Shown: piece after piece, positions 27,328 to 38,049 of the stretch
Layout: every line of letters starts with the position of its first letter
Numbering within the stretch: the first letter of the stretch is position 1
From: an uncultured bacterium
GTDB taxonomy: Bacteria > Actinomycetota > Coriobacteriia > Coriobacteriales > Coriobacteriaceae
DNA: 64,000 nt
Assembly: GCA_905215825.1 (NCBI GenBank)
Contig: CAJMRO010000001.1
Span: forward strand, 739 to 64,738
Reading direction: 5' to 3'
Position numbers and translations under genes: made by a program
The notes under the pieces: model-generated
The model's database searches: none
What the model was told of the DNA's origin: nothing
The model's input: only the letters and a program-made list of their open reading frames with translations

Positions 27328-29022
27328 CTACTTGCGATGCGCGCGATAGAACTCGATGAGCGCCTGGGTCGAAGCGTCCTGCTCGGCCTTGGCGGCATCG
27401 TCATGGAAGGCAGGGGTGATCTGCTTGGCAAGCTGCTTGCCCAACTCGACGCCCCACTGGTCGTAGGAATCGATGCCCCAGACCGTACCCTCGACAAACG
27501 TGATGTGCTCGTACAGGGCGATGAGCTCGCCGAGCGCGAACGGGGTCAGCGTGTCGCCGAAGATCGAGGTCGTCGGACGGTTGCCCTCAAAGCAGCGGGC
27601 GGGGACGATCTGCTCGGGTGTGCCCTCGGCGCGGACCTCGTCGGCCGTCTTACCAAAGGCGAGCGCCTTGGTCTGGGCCAGGAAGTTGCCCAGGAACAGC
27701 TCGTGGACATCCTGGCCGCTGTCGGTCGCAGGGTTGGCAGTGTTAGCGAAAGCGATAAAGTCAGCCGGGACCACCACGGTGCCCTGATGCAGCAGCTGGT
27801 AGAAGGCGTGCTGACCGTTGGTGCCGGGCTCGCCCCAGAAGATCTCACCGGTGTCGGAGGTCACGGCGCTGCCGTCCCAGCGGACATGCTTGCCGTTGGA
27901 CTCCATGGTGAGCTGCTGCAGGTAGGCCGGGAAACGGTGCAGGTACTGGCAATACGGAAGTACGGCGTGGCTCTTGGAACCGAAGAAGTTGACGTACCAG
28001 ACGTTGAGCAGACCCATCAGTGCGACGACGTTGTTCTCGAGCGGCGTGTTGCAGAAGTACTCGTCGATGGCGTGGAAGCCCTCAAGGAACTGCTGGAAGC
28101 GCTCGGGGCCGAACACGACGATCAGCGACAGGCCCACGGCGGAGTCAACGGAATAGCGGCCGCCAACCCAGTTCCAGAAACCGAAGGCGTTGGCGGGGTC
28201 GATACCGAAGGCCTCAACCTTCTCGAGTGCGGTGGAGACGGCGACGAAGTGCTTTGCCACGGCCTCGGCGTTCTGCTCATCGGAGCCGTCGATGGCGCCC
28301 TGAGCCTTGAGCTGCTCGAGCATCCAGGTCTTGACCTCGCGGGCGTTGGTGAGGGTCTCGAGCGTGGTGAAGGTCTTGGAGACGATGATCACGAGCGTGG
28401 TCTCGGGATCGAGGCCCTTGAGCTTCTCGGCCTGGTCGTTGGGGTCGATGTTGGAGATATAGCGGCAGTCGATACCGGCGTCGGCGTAGGGACGCAGGGC
28501 CTCGTAGGCCATGACCGGACCCAGATCGGAGCCACCGATGCCGATGGATACCAAATGCTCGATCTTTTTGCCGGTAACGCCCTTCCACTCACCGGAGCGC
28601 ACGCGCTCGGCGAAGGCATACATGCGGTCGAGAACCTCGTGCACGTCGGCGACGACGTCCTGGCCGTCGACGATGAGCTGGCCCTTCTCGCTTGCCGGGC
28701 GGCGCAGCGCGGTGTGCAGGACGGCGCGGTCCTCGGTGGTGTTGATGTGCTCGCCGGAGAACATGGCGTCGCGGCGCTCCTCGAGCTTCACCTCGCGGGC
28801 GAGATCGCACAGCAGCTTGACGGTCTCATCGGTCACCAGGTTCTTCGACAGATCGAAGTGCAGGTCACCGGCGTCAAAGCTCAGCTTGTTCACGCGCTCG
28901 GCATCGGCGGCGAACCAGGCCTTGAGGTCGATACCTTCGACCTCAAGCTTCTCCTGATGAGCCTCGAGTGCCTTCCAAGCGGCAGTCGACGTAGCATCGA
29001 TAGGTGCGGCAACAGTTGCCAT
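27328..29022 (-). CDS. pgi: Glucose-6-phosphate isomerase
   Basis: [52 protein letters not shown]. Confidence 0.97.
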   Translation of the reverse strand: MATVAAPIDATSTAAWKALEAHQEKLEVEGIDLKAWFAADAERVNKLSFDAGDLHFDLSKNLVTDETVKLLCDLAREVKLEERRDAMFSGEHINTTEDRAVLHTALRRPASEKGQLIVDGQDVVADVHEVLDRMYAFAERVRSGEWKGVTGKKIEHLVSIGIGGSDLGPVMAYEALRPYADAGIDCRYISNIDPNDQAEKLKGLDPETTLVIIVSKTFTTLETLTNAREVKTWMLEQLKAQGAIDGSDEQNAEAVAKHFVAVSTALEKVEAFGIDPANAFGFWNWVGGRYSVDSAVGLSLIVVFGPERFQQFLEGFHAIDEYFCNTPLENNVVALMGLLNVWYVNFFGSKSHAVLPYCQYLHRFPAYLQQLTMESNGKHVRWDGSAVTSDTGEIFWGEPGTNGQHAFYQLLHQGTVVVPADFIAFANTANPATDSGQDVHELFLGNFLAQTKALAFGKTADEVRAEGTPEQIVPARCFEGNRPTTSIFGDTLTPFALGELIALYEHITFVEGTVWGIDSYDQWGVELGKQLAKQITPAFHDDAAKAEQDASTQALIEFYRAHRK

Positions 29023-29148
29023 AGAGTCCTCCTCAGCATACGGGCGCACGCCTCCATGCACCCGGACATTCAGATGGCACTATTCTAGCGCAGGTCAAGA
29101 CTACAATCAGCGAGCGTTGCCAATCGGCCCCCAAACGGCAACCGATCA

Positions 29149-29211
29149 AAAAGGGACAGGCTTATTTTGGCAGGTCAAACGCTTTACCAACCAAAAATAA
29201 CCCGTCCCTTT
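29149..29211. repeat. REP-like hairpin, family B (AAAGGGACAGG..CCCGTCCCTTT); half copy at 29881-29897
   Basis: aaagggacaggcttattttgg..ccaaaaataacccgtcccttt. Confidence 0.55.
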
Positions 29212-29221
29212 ATGGCAAATA

Positions 29222-29797
29222 TTAGGCCGCGGCGCAGACGCTACCGAGCAACTCACGCAGAGGAGACCCGATGCCCTCCAGCAGTTCGGGCGCGATAATG
29301 GCAAAAACGGGAACCTCGCCGGCTCCCACGACGGCAGGCACCTTGCCCTCCGAGACAATGCATCCATAAGGCACAAAGCCGTCTTCGCCGGCATCGAGCG
29401 CCGCCATGCGACGCGCGAGCTCGCGCGCAAAGCCAGCAGTATCGGCATCGCCAATCGCCAGGACAAAGTCCACGCCTTCGTCGGTCGCCAGGGCCACGGC
29501 TTCGTCGATCAGCTCGTCTCCCCCGTCGCCCTCAAACGAGCCGCAGCGGAAAAGCACACGCTCGAGTAGGGCTCGATCAAGCGAGCCAAGTGCCGCCGAG
29601 ACAAGCTTATCGCGCGTATGCTTGTCACCGCCCAGCACAACCAGCGCCTTGGTGCCTCCGTAGTGAGCGACCAATCGTCCGCACCAGCGAGCCACGTCTC
29701 CATCCGCAACAAGGCGCGTCGGCATACCAAACCCATAATTGACCATCTTTTCCACAACCCTTCCGTGCGTATAGGCGGTATCAATCGTTAGGCTCAT
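29222..29797 (-). CDS. Hypothetical protein resembling the N-terminal part of iron-containing alcohol dehydrogenases
   Basis: FGMPTRLV..G, KALVVLGG, GVDFVLAIG, P.FAII.PELL; C-terminal metal-binding domain absent. Confidence 0.6.
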   Translation of the reverse strand: MSLTIDTAYTHGRVVEKMVNYGFGMPTRLVADGDVARWCGRLVAHYGGTKALVVLGGDKHTRDKLVSAALGSLDRALLERVLFRCGSFEGDGGDELIDEAVALATDEGVDFVLAIGDADTAGFARELARRMAALDAGEDGFVPYGCIVSEGKVPAVVGAGEVPVFAIIAPELLEGIGSPLRELLGSVCAAA

Positions 29798-29896
29798 GCT
29801 ACGAAACGAGCTTTTCCGAGCTGTTTCGCGCTCTTTAGGGCTGCGTTAAAAACCCGATGCAGCCGCACGACCATACCTGCCAAAAAGGGACAGGTT

Positions 29897-29955
29897 TTGA
29901 CGGTGTCCGGTCGAGCGGGTATTATCGAACATGTATTCGATAAGAACATGTGTTT
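29897..29955 (+). promoter_or_regulatory. Promoter TTGACG-17-TATTAT followed by two LexA boxes
   Basis: GAACATGTATTC (29927-38) and GAACATGTGTTT (29944-55), one mismatch each to GAAC-N4-GTTC. Confidence 0.75.
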
Positions 29956-29968
29956 GATGGGAGGACGC

Positions 29969-31474
29969 GTGGCGCACGAGCAGCACACCTACATCTGCAT
30001 CGACCTCAAGACGTTTTATGCCAGCGTCGAGTGCGTGGACCGCGGGCTCGATCCACTCACCACCAACCTGGTCGTTGCCGACGAATCACGCGGACGCACG
30101 ACCATCTGCCTCGCCATCACACAGGCCATGAAGGACCTCGGGATACACAATCGCTGCCGTCTGTTCGAAATTCCCGATGGCATCGACTACATCACGGCCG
30201 TACCGCGCATGCAGCATTACATGGAGGTGTCGGCGAAAATCTACGGTATCTATCTGGAATACGTCAGCCCCCAGGACGTGCACGTCTACTCCATCGATGA
30301 GTGCTTTATCGACGTAACACCCTATCTGGACCTCTATCACACAGATGCGGAAGGGTTCGCCTGCACGCTGCGCGACGAGGTCCTCGCGCGCACCGGCATC
30401 ACGGCGACGGTCGGCATCGGCCCCAACCTATTCCAGGCCAAGGTAGCGCTCGACATTACCGCCAAGCACGTACCCAGCCGCATCGGCATACTCGACGACG
30501 AAACCTTTCGCAAAGAGATCTGGCCCCACCGCCCCATCACCGACATCTGGGGCATCGGCCCCGGCGTGGCAGCCCGACTCGAAAAGTATGGCGTCTACGA
30601 CCTGATGGGCGTCGCCGCACTCGACGAGAACTTGCTCTACGACGAACTTGGTGTCAATGCCGAATATCTTATCGACCACGCCTTCGGGCGTGAGCCGACA
30701 ACCATCGCCGATATCCAAGCCTATCGCCCGCAAGCAACTTCGACCACCACAGGACAGGTGCTCTCGAAGGGTTATGCCTACGAACAGGCCTATACCGTCT
30801 TGCGCGAGATGGTCGACAGTGCCGTGCTGGACTTGGTCGATAAGCACATGGTATGTGACAGCATCTCGCTCTTTGTGGGCTACGCGAGCGAGCGCGCCGA
30901 CATACGCCGCCTTGACGCCAGCGGTACAGCGCAATATGTGGACGGATGCGGACACCTGCGCTCGAGCACATCGAGCATCGAACCCACCGCAACCGCCGGC
31001 CCCGAGCTCGCACCCCGTGCGCCCAAGCCCGTCCAGTGCGATGACGAAAGGCGTCGCCTGGTGCGCGAAGCGCAGGCAATCGATGGCATCTTTGTGGGAG
31101 AGCATGGCGGCAAACCGCGTGGTGGCTATGCCGCGCTCTTTGCGCACTCCAACGCCTCGCGCAAGCTGCCCGAGCGGACCAATTCGTTTAAGAAGATCAT
31201 GGGCTATTTCGATGATCTTTGGGCGCAAACCGTCGACCCTAAACGACCGGTCAAGCGCATCAACCTGGGCTTTGGCAACCTCATGCCCGAGGAATTTGCC
31301 ACCATCGATCTGTTCAGCGATATCGAGGCCGATGAGCGCGAGCGCGACCTGGCACGCGCCGTCCTGGCCGTGAAAGGCAAGTACGGCAAAAACGCGCTCG
31401 TCAAGGGATTAAGCTTTACCGCCGGCGCCACCGCGCGCGAACGCAACGACCAAGTTGGAGGACACCGTGCCTAA
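29969..31474 (+). CDS. Y-family translesion DNA polymerase (UmuC/UvrX-like)
   Basis: CIDLKTFYASVEC, PRMQHY, YSIDECFID, KYGKNAL..G..ERNDQVGGH; GTG start with GGAGG RBS. Confidence 0.93.
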   Translation: MAHEQHTYICIDLKTFYASVECVDRGLDPLTTNLVVADESRGRTTICLAITQAMKDLGIHNRCRLFEIPDGIDYITAVPRMQHYMEVSAKIYGIYLEYVSPQDVHVYSIDECFIDVTPYLDLYHTDAEGFACTLRDEVLARTGITATVGIGPNLFQAKVALDITAKHVPSRIGILDDETFRKEIWPHRPITDIWGIGPGVAARLEKYGVYDLMGVAALDENLLYDELGVNAEYLIDHAFGREPTTIADIQAYRPQATSTTTGQVLSKGYAYEQAYTVLREMVDSAVLDLVDKHMVCDSISLFVGYASERADIRRLDASGTAQYVDGCGHLRSSTSSIEPTATAGPELAPRAPKPVQCDDERRRLVREAQAIDGIFVGEHGGKPRGGYAALFAHSNASRKLPERTNSFKKIMGYFDDLWAQTVDPKRPVKRINLGFGNLMPEEFATIDLFSDIEADERERDLARAVLAVKGKYGKNALVKGLSFTAGATARERNDQVGGHRA

Positions 31475-31892
31475 GCCCAAACAACAGCCCGTGCGCCCGC
31501 CGACCGCCTTCGAGCGCCTGGCGGACCCCGAGGGCAGACGCCGCTCCGCCGACCCAAAGCTCGCTGCCAACGGTGCCGTGCGCGCCAACCGCGCCGCACA
31601 GTTTATGCCCTTTGCCGCCCTCACGGGATACTACGAGCTCGTGCGCAAGCAGGAAATCACCGTCGAGCCCAAACGTGAGCTCACAGAAGAAAAAGCCCTC
31701 GTACTTTCTAAAAAGCTCGAGGGTCTCAAACGTGGCGACTTGGTTCGTGTCACCTATTACGATACGTACGGCTATCGCTCCCGCACCGGCATTCTCGACG
31801 AGGTACTCCCCGCCTTCAAGCTCCTCAAGCTCAAAGACATCGCCATCGACTTCGACGACATCCAAGACATCGAACTGCGCGGACGAGCCTAG
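31467..31892 (+). CDS. YolD-like protein (partner of Y-family polymerase)
   Basis: RAAQFMPFAALTGY motif, V.VTYY; overlaps polymerase stop. Confidence 0.8.
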   Translation: MPKPKQQPVRPPTAFERLADPEGRRRSADPKLAANGAVRANRAAQFMPFAALTGYYELVRKQEITVEPKRELTEEKALVLSKKLEGLKRGDLVRVTYYDTYGYRSRTGILDEVLPAFKLLKLKDIAIDFDDIQDIELRGRA

Positions 31893-31918
31893 CCAAGGAA
31901 GCGCATCCAGGGCGGCGC

Positions 31919-32302
31919 TTACAGCGTCATGACGTAGTAGCCCGCGTCTTTCACGGCCGTCTCGAGGACACCACGATCAACCGGCTGTTTAGAGCGCACA
32001 CGTGCTGTGTGATCCGCATACGTCACCGTTGCCCACACGCCGTCCAGCGCATTGAGGGCATTGGCTACGTTCTGAGCGCAGCCGTCACAGCTCATGCCGC
32101 CGATGAGCAGCTCATCGCTATAGGGATAGTGTGACGCATCGGTATCCACCACAACAACCTTTTTGGCCTTCTTGCCGCTCGCACCATCGCTGCAGCAACT
32201 CTTCCCGTGTGTCGAAGCGGCAATGCGACGCAGTCCAAAAAACATGCCGACGGCAATGACGGCCAGCACGATGAGATTCGCAGGGTTGAGCAAGTCACTC
32301 AT
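31919..32302 (-). CDS. Heavy-metal-associated (CopZ-like) domain protein with N-terminal TM helix
   Basis: IGGMSCDGCAQNV..ALNALDGV..AVKDAGY; extra SCC motif after TM. Confidence 0.85.
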   Translation of the reverse strand: MSDLLNPANLIVLAVIAVGMFFGLRRIAASTHGKSCCSDGASGKKAKKVVVVDTDASHYPYSDELLIGGMSCDGCAQNVANALNALDGVWATVTYADHTARVRSKQPVDRGVLETAVKDAGYYVMTL

Positions 32303-32330
32303 GCGTTCCCCTTTCAAGTAGCACTATCTA

Positions 32331-32349
32331 GATACCCCCATGGGGTGTC
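32331..32349. promoter_or_regulatory. Probable CsoR operator
   Basis: gaTACCCCCATGGGGTgtc, C-tract/G-tract palindrome upstream of the HMA gene. Confidence 0.6.
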
Positions 32350-32477
32350 CCCATCTTAACCCAAAATCATGTCCGTTCGGTCAATTAGTTTCCCGCTTCA
32401 AACTTTTTTGTTGACCATGGCTTACTTTCGTGTATAAGTTTTCCTAGGCTAACAACTAAGGACCCAAAAGGAGCATC

Positions 32478-33182
32478 GTGACTCGAACCATTGACATCCC
32501 AACATACCAAACGGCTGTCGTGCGCAACTGCTCCCCTACGCTCGCAGGTATCAAGCCGGCTTCGCTCTTTACCTATCCCGGCGTTTACGCCAACCAAAAC
32601 GGAAAACCCAGCGCCGCCCATATCGAAGAGCGACGCTCTCGCCTGCTCGCCGTCATAGCCCAATGCAACCGCGAGCTCCAGCCACTCGGGATCCATATGA
32701 GCGTTTTGGTCTGGCGCCCCTGCGGAGCGCTCATCTATGTGTACCGCCCTGCGGACCTCATGCGATACCTCTCCGACCCCCGCGCCACGACGGCGCTTGT
32801 TGCCGAAGGTTACGATGTCCACAACCTGCACGCATCCCTGGTGCATCTCGCCGCGCGCATCGCGCTGGCAAGCAGCAATGCCGCAGAAAGCGCCTATGAC
32901 GGCAGCGTCTGCGCACTCGCGCGAAATGGGCACTGCGATACGGGGTGCATGTGCGAGTTCCCCCACGAAATTGGCTATTTTTTGGGCTATCCCTACGAAG
33001 ATGTCCATCAGTTTATCGTCCAGCACGGCGAAAACTATAAGGTCTTTGGCGCATGGAAAGTATACACAAACGTTGAGCAGGCGCTCACGACCTTCGATTC
33101 CTATCGCGCATGCACGCAATACCTTACCTACATCTATCAACAGGGCTGCACCCTGGGACAACTTGTCCAGGCAACCCGATAG
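32478..33182 (+). CDS. DUF3793 family protein
   Basis: CSPTLAGIKPASLF, FPHEIG.FLGYP.EDV..F, G.WKVY. Confidence 0.85.
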   Translation: MTRTIDIPTYQTAVVRNCSPTLAGIKPASLFTYPGVYANQNGKPSAAHIEERRSRLLAVIAQCNRELQPLGIHMSVLVWRPCGALIYVYRPADLMRYLSDPRATTALVAEGYDVHNLHASLVHLAARIALASSNAAESAYDGSVCALARNGHCDTGCMCEFPHEIGYFLGYPYEDVHQFIVQHGENYKVFGAWKVYTNVEQALTTFDSYRACTQYLTYIYQQGCTLGQLVQATR

Positions 33183-33228
33183 AGCATACAAAACGCGGCC
33201 GCACGCCGCACAACCGAAAGGAAGACAT

Positions 33229-33648
33229 ATGAGCAAGATCGCAGTCGTCTACTGGAGCGGTACAGGCAACACCGAGGCCATGGCAAACTTCGTTGCCGAG
33301 GGCGCAACCGGTGCCGGCGCCGAGGCAGAGGTCATCTCCTGCGCCGACTTCTCTGCCGACAAGGTCGCCGAATATGATGCCTTCGCCTTCGGCTGCCCCG
33401 CCATGGGTTCCGAGGAGCTTGAGTATGACGAGTTCCAGCCTATGTGGGACGAGGTCAAGGAGACCCTCGGCGATAAAAAGGTCGTCCTCTTTGGCTCTTA
33501 TTCGTGGGCCGAGGGCGAGTGGATGGACAACTGGAAGGCCGATGCCGACGAGGCGGGCGTCAATGTCGTCGATTCCGTCATTTGCTACGATGCGCCCGAC
33601 GATGAGGGCGAGGCGGCCTGCAAGGCCCTGGGAGCAGAGCTGGCCTAA
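33229..33648 (+). CDS. Flavodoxin (short chain)
   Basis: YWSGTGNTEAMA, GCPAMGSEEL, LFGSYSW. Confidence 0.93.
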   Translation: MSKIAVVYWSGTGNTEAMANFVAEGATGAGAEAEVISCADFSADKVAEYDAFAFGCPAMGSEELEYDEFQPMWDEVKETLGDKKVVLFGSYSWAEGEWMDNWKADADEAGVNVVDSVICYDAPDDEGEAACKALGAELA

Positions 33649-33719
33649 CGAAACCGTCAGAAAGTCGCAAAGCAGCTGACAGCCGAGCACCGCACAACAA
33701 CAGTCGTTCACGCCCAAAC

Positions 33720-33757
33720 AAAAACGGGGGCCGGATACTATCCGGTCCCCGTTTGTT
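33720..33757. terminator. Bidirectional terminator between convergent genes
   Basis: aaaaacgggggccggat..atccggtccccgtttg. Confidence 0.7.
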
Positions 33758-33780
33758 ATATCGACAACTTCGACGCGCCG

Positions 33781-34530
<750 letters not shown>

Positions 34531-34542
34531 GACAGGACCTCC

Positions 34543-35904
34543 TTACAGACCGGCGATATGATCGGCGGGCGTCGCGACAACCTGTCCGGCGCTCTTGGTG
34601 GGACGCTTCTTTTTGGTTTCGGCCGTGCCCAGAAGTCTCGCCTCAAGACCGCTCACCAAGCGCGCAAGCGGCAGGGTAATGACCAGATAGAACAGAGCGG
34701 CAACCACATACGGCGTGATGGAGCCCGTCGTGGCCACGATGGTGCGGGCGTTCATGACGATCTCGACGACACCCACGGCGGCAAGCAGCGACGTGTCCTT
34801 GTAGAGCAGGATGAACTCGCTGGTCAGCGTAGGCAGGACATTGCGGAACGTCTGCGGAATCATGACATAGAGCAGCGTCTGGAAGGCATTCATGCCCAGC
34901 GAGCGAGCAGCCTCGTTTTGACCCTTGGGGATCGACTGAATACCGGCACGGAAGATCTCGCACAGGTACGCAGACGAGTTCATGGCCATGACGATAACAC
35001 CCAGCACATAGTCGTCCACTTTGACACCGGCCAGCGGCAAGCCAAAGAACGCAATGTAGATCTGCAAGAACGCCGGCGTGCCGCGGATGATATTCACATA
35101 GATGCCGGCAAGGCAGCGAAGGATGCGCGACTTGGAAATGCGCATGAGCGACAGCGCAAAGCCAAAGGGAATGGCCAACGGAAATGCCACGAGCACGATC
35201 GAGAGCGACATAAGGAAGCCCTTGAAGACGATCGGCAGGCTCTGGACCAAAATGACCGGGTTCAGGAACAGGCGCAGGAACATATTGGAGTTCCACGCCT
35301 CGACCCACGGCTGCTCTTTAAGGTCAGCCAGGAAGTTATCGAAGGCCGTCACGCCCTTGATCTCAACCGACGGAATCTTGGAGATCTTCTTGGTCGACCC
35401 GTCGGCGAGCGTATAGGTGCCGCTAAAGGCCTCATCGCCGCCCTCGACGGGGAAGGTCACGCCGTAAACCTCGACACGGAAAAAGCCGCCGGCAGGCGCC
35501 GTCTCGCCAAAGTCAATCTTGAGCGTCTGGCCGTCAGCCTTGCACGTGGGCTTCATGGGCGTACGATCCATGAGGTCCTCGCCCGAGAGCATCGTCAATC
35601 GCGTGTCATCGGTACCAAACGTCGTGCCGTCGACAAACGTCAAAGAAAGACCGCTCAGCTCCTCGTCGGCATCGGCCTGAACTTCCCAGGTAATGCGCGT
35701 CTCGGTGCCGCCGACCACATCGCTGCCCGAACCGGTGTTGGGTCGGGCGGTAATCTTTGCGGTCTCAAGCGCCTGAGCGGTCGTGGGCGCATATGCCCCC
35801 GCGCACACCAGCGCGAGCGCCACGGCCATGACGCAGGCTAGCTTTTGGAGCAAGGCGGACAGTGGAAAACACTGCTCCGCGGCCCCTTTGTTCAGTCGAG
35901 ACAA
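34543..35904 (-). CDS. Polar amino acid ABC permease with extra N-terminal extracytoplasmic domain
   Basis: IRGTP, SAYLCEIFRAGIQSIPKGQNEAARSLG, KDTSL; TTG start with AGGAG RBS (start tentative). Confidence 0.88.
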   Translation of the reverse strand: MSRLNKGAAEQCFPLSALLQKLACVMAVALALVCAGAYAPTTAQALETAKITARPNTGSGSDVVGGTETRITWEVQADADEELSGLSLTFVDGTTFGTDDTRLTMLSGEDLMDRTPMKPTCKADGQTLKIDFGETAPAGGFFRVEVYGVTFPVEGGDEAFSGTYTLADGSTKKISKIPSVEIKGVTAFDNFLADLKEQPWVEAWNSNMFLRLFLNPVILVQSLPIVFKGFLMSLSIVLVAFPLAIPFGFALSLMRISKSRILRCLAGIYVNIIRGTPAFLQIYIAFFGLPLAGVKVDDYVLGVIVMAMNSSAYLCEIFRAGIQSIPKGQNEAARSLGMNAFQTLLYVMIPQTFRNVLPTLTSEFILLYKDTSLLAAVGVVEIVMNARTIVATTGSITPYVVAALFYLVITLPLARLVSGLEARLLGTAETKKKRPTKSAGQVVATPADHIAGL

Positions 35905-36021
35905 GGTGGCTCCTATCGTAGAAGTTGCCGGCAAAACGAGACGGAAACGCTCTCCGTCAAGAGAAGCGCAAAGGCCCTCTCCGCAAAACGGAAAGGGCCC
36001 GCGCGCAATCAAGTAGTTATT

Positions 36022-36882
36022 TTACTTGATATTGTACTTAGCCATGAGGGCGTCGACGGTACCGTCGTCGGTCAGGTCCTTGATGGCCTGGTTGATGTCG
36101 TCCTTGAGCTTGGTGTTGCCCTGGTTGATGGCGATGGCGTACTCCTCGCCGGTGCTGATCTGCTTGATGGTCTGGCAGGTGTTGAACTGCTCGGCGGTCA
36201 GCTGGCTGGCAACGGAGCGGTTGGTGACTACGGCGTCGCCCTTATCGGACTGCAGAGCGCTGAAGCACTCGGTGGCGTCCTTGTAGGGGACGATCTTGGC
36301 CTTCGGGAAGTTCTCCTGGGCAAAGGCCTCGGCGGTCGAGCCAGACTGGACGATGATGGTAGCGTCGGAATTGTTGAGCTTCTCGCTAAAGTTATCGGCC
36401 GTGATGTCGGTGTTATCGACCTTGGTCACGATAGCCTGATCATCCATGTAGTAGGAATCAGAGAAAGTGACTTCCTTCTCACGCTCGGGCGTGTCGGTGA
36501 TAGCCGCGATGGAAACGTCATACTTGGCGCCCGAAGCGACGCCCGGAACCAGCGTGTCAAAGTCATTGTTGACATACTCGACATCCAGGCCCAGCTTGTC
36601 GCCGATAGCCTTGATGAGCTCAAGGTCAAAGCCCTGATAATCGCCGTTGTCATCCTTGTACTCAAACGGAGCGTACTCGGCAGAGGTGCCGACAGTCAGC
36701 GTACCGTCCTTGACGAGCGCGTACTCCTTGGAGCCGTCGACTTTCTCGACCTTAGCGTCGTCAGAGCTGCTGGAACCGGCATCAGAACCAGAGGTGGCGT
36801 TGGACGAGCCGCAGCCCGTCAGTGCGAGGGCGAGCGCCATGGCACCCGTGGCGGCAAATGCGCCAAGCTTCTTGAGCTTCAT
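36022..36882 (-). CDS. Amino acid ABC substrate-binding lipoprotein
   Basis: Lipobox LTGC, GTSAEYAPFEY, GFDLEL, T.ER..V.FSDSY. Confidence 0.93.
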   Translation of the reverse strand: MKLKKLGAFAATGAMALALALTGCGSSNATSGSDAGSSSSDDAKVEKVDGSKEYALVKDGTLTVGTSAEYAPFEYKDDNGDYQGFDLELIKAIGDKLGLDVEYVNNDFDTLVPGVASGAKYDVSIAAITDTPEREKEVTFSDSYYMDDQAIVTKVDNTDITADNFSEKLNNSDATIIVQSGSTAEAFAQENFPKAKIVPYKDATECFSALQSDKGDAVVTNRSVASQLTAEQFNTCQTIKQISTGEEYAIAINQGNTKLKDDINQAIKDLTDDGTVDALMAKYNIK

Positions 36883-37029
36883 AATCAGTCTCCTTCCGGT
36901 GACCTCGTTTGATTCAGAGGTCTGCAAAAACTGTTGGCTATTATGCACCTGGAATTACGAATCTGCAACGAGAAAACTGATTGAAACAAACCCATAACGT
37001 GAATGGAATACTCTACTTTATGACAGTCA

Positions 37030-37896
37030 TTACTGCTGCAATGACCTTAATAGTCTAATTTCAGCTGCATAACCTGCAAGTTCGTTCGGAGTCTCCAAAA
37101 TAAACGGCAGCGAACGCAAACGGCCATTCGATACAATATTCTGCATAACCTGCATACCGCCACCAAATTCCTCGCTGCCAAGGTATCCCTTGCCGATGCA
37201 CTCGTGACGATCTTTATGGGCGCCACAAGGGTTCTTCGAATCGTTGATGTGTACGGCATGCAAGCGATCGATACCCACCACGCGGTCGAACTCGTCGAGT
37301 ACGTCGTCCAGATCATGGATGATGTCGTAGCCGGCATCGCTCACATGGCAGGTGTCCAAACAAACGCCCAGCTTATCGGACAGCTCTGGGCGCTTGGCGG
37401 CAACGCCCTCGATAATGCACGCCAGCTCTTCAAAGCTACGGCCCACCTCGGTGCCCTTTCCTGCCATGGTCTCGAGTAATACCGTCGTCTGCTGCCCCTC
37501 AAACATCACCTGGCACAGCGTGTCGACAATCATCTGAATGCCGACGTCGGAGCCCTGCCCCACATGCGCACCGGGATGGAAGTTGTAGTAGTTGCCGGGC
37601 AGTGTTTCCAGACGCTGCAAGTCCTCGGCCATTGCCTCCAAGGCAAACTCGCGCGCCCGCTCCTTAGCGGAGCAGGGGTTATAGGTATACGGGGCATGCG
37701 CCACCAGCGGTCCAAAGTCGTTTTGCGCCATAAGCTCGCGCAGAGCCGCCACGTCATCCATGTCAAGTTCTTTTGCCTTGCCACCGCGCGGGTTGCGCGT
37801 AAAGAACGCAAAGGTATTGGCGCCAATGGACAGCGCCGTCTCCCCCATTGCCCGATAGCCCTTCGTCGTCGAAAGATGACACCCGATCGTCAGCAT
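37030..37896 (-). CDS. nfo: Endonuclease IV
   Basis: [51 protein letters not shown]. Confidence 0.95.
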   Translation of the reverse strand: MLTIGCHLSTTKGYRAMGETALSIGANTFAFFTRNPRGGKAKELDMDDVAALRELMAQNDFGPLVAHAPYTYNPCSAKERAREFALEAMAEDLQRLETLPGNYYNFHPGAHVGQGSDVGIQMIVDTLCQVMFEGQQTTVLLETMAGKGTEVGRSFEELACIIEGVAAKRPELSDKLGVCLDTCHVSDAGYDIIHDLDDVLDEFDRVVGIDRLHAVHINDSKNPCGAHKDRHECIGKGYLGSEEFGGGMQVMQNIVSNGRLRSLPFILETPNELAGYAAEIRLLRSLQQ

Positions 37897-37913
37897 CTCC
37901 AACTCCCTCTTCA

Positions 37914-37990
37914 TCAGTTGCGGTGAAATACGGTCTATTGGTGCCATATTTTGGCGCAAACAGACCGTATTCCACCGCAAGTTATAAAAG
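37914..37990. repeat. 77-bp hairpin repeat, family C, copy 1
   Basis: tcagttgcggtgaaata..tattccaccgcaagttataaaag; second copy 39081-39157. Confidence 0.75.
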
Positions 37991-38049
37991 AGGCATCAGG
38001 GGAAAAGGCCTCCAGGCATTCCAAGCGCTGGCGCCATGCCCCCCACGCC

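Larger units (their letters stand above)
23845..27357. mobile_element. Genomic islet integrated in the 3' end of pgi (no integrase)
   Basis: Bounded by shared 11-bp core tagaactcgat (23845-55, 27347-57) plus duplicated stop and terminator; three plus-strand accessory genes amid minus-strand core genes. Confidence 0.8.

Noticed and set aside
29090..29098. Recurring intergenic GCAGGTCAA motif (also 29170, 57575)
   Set aside because: Short motif; enrichment cannot be established without genome-wide counts.
32430..32460. DtxR/Fur-like iron box upstream of DUF3793-flavodoxin
   Set aside because: Only a half-site-like TAGGCTAAC; too weak to call.
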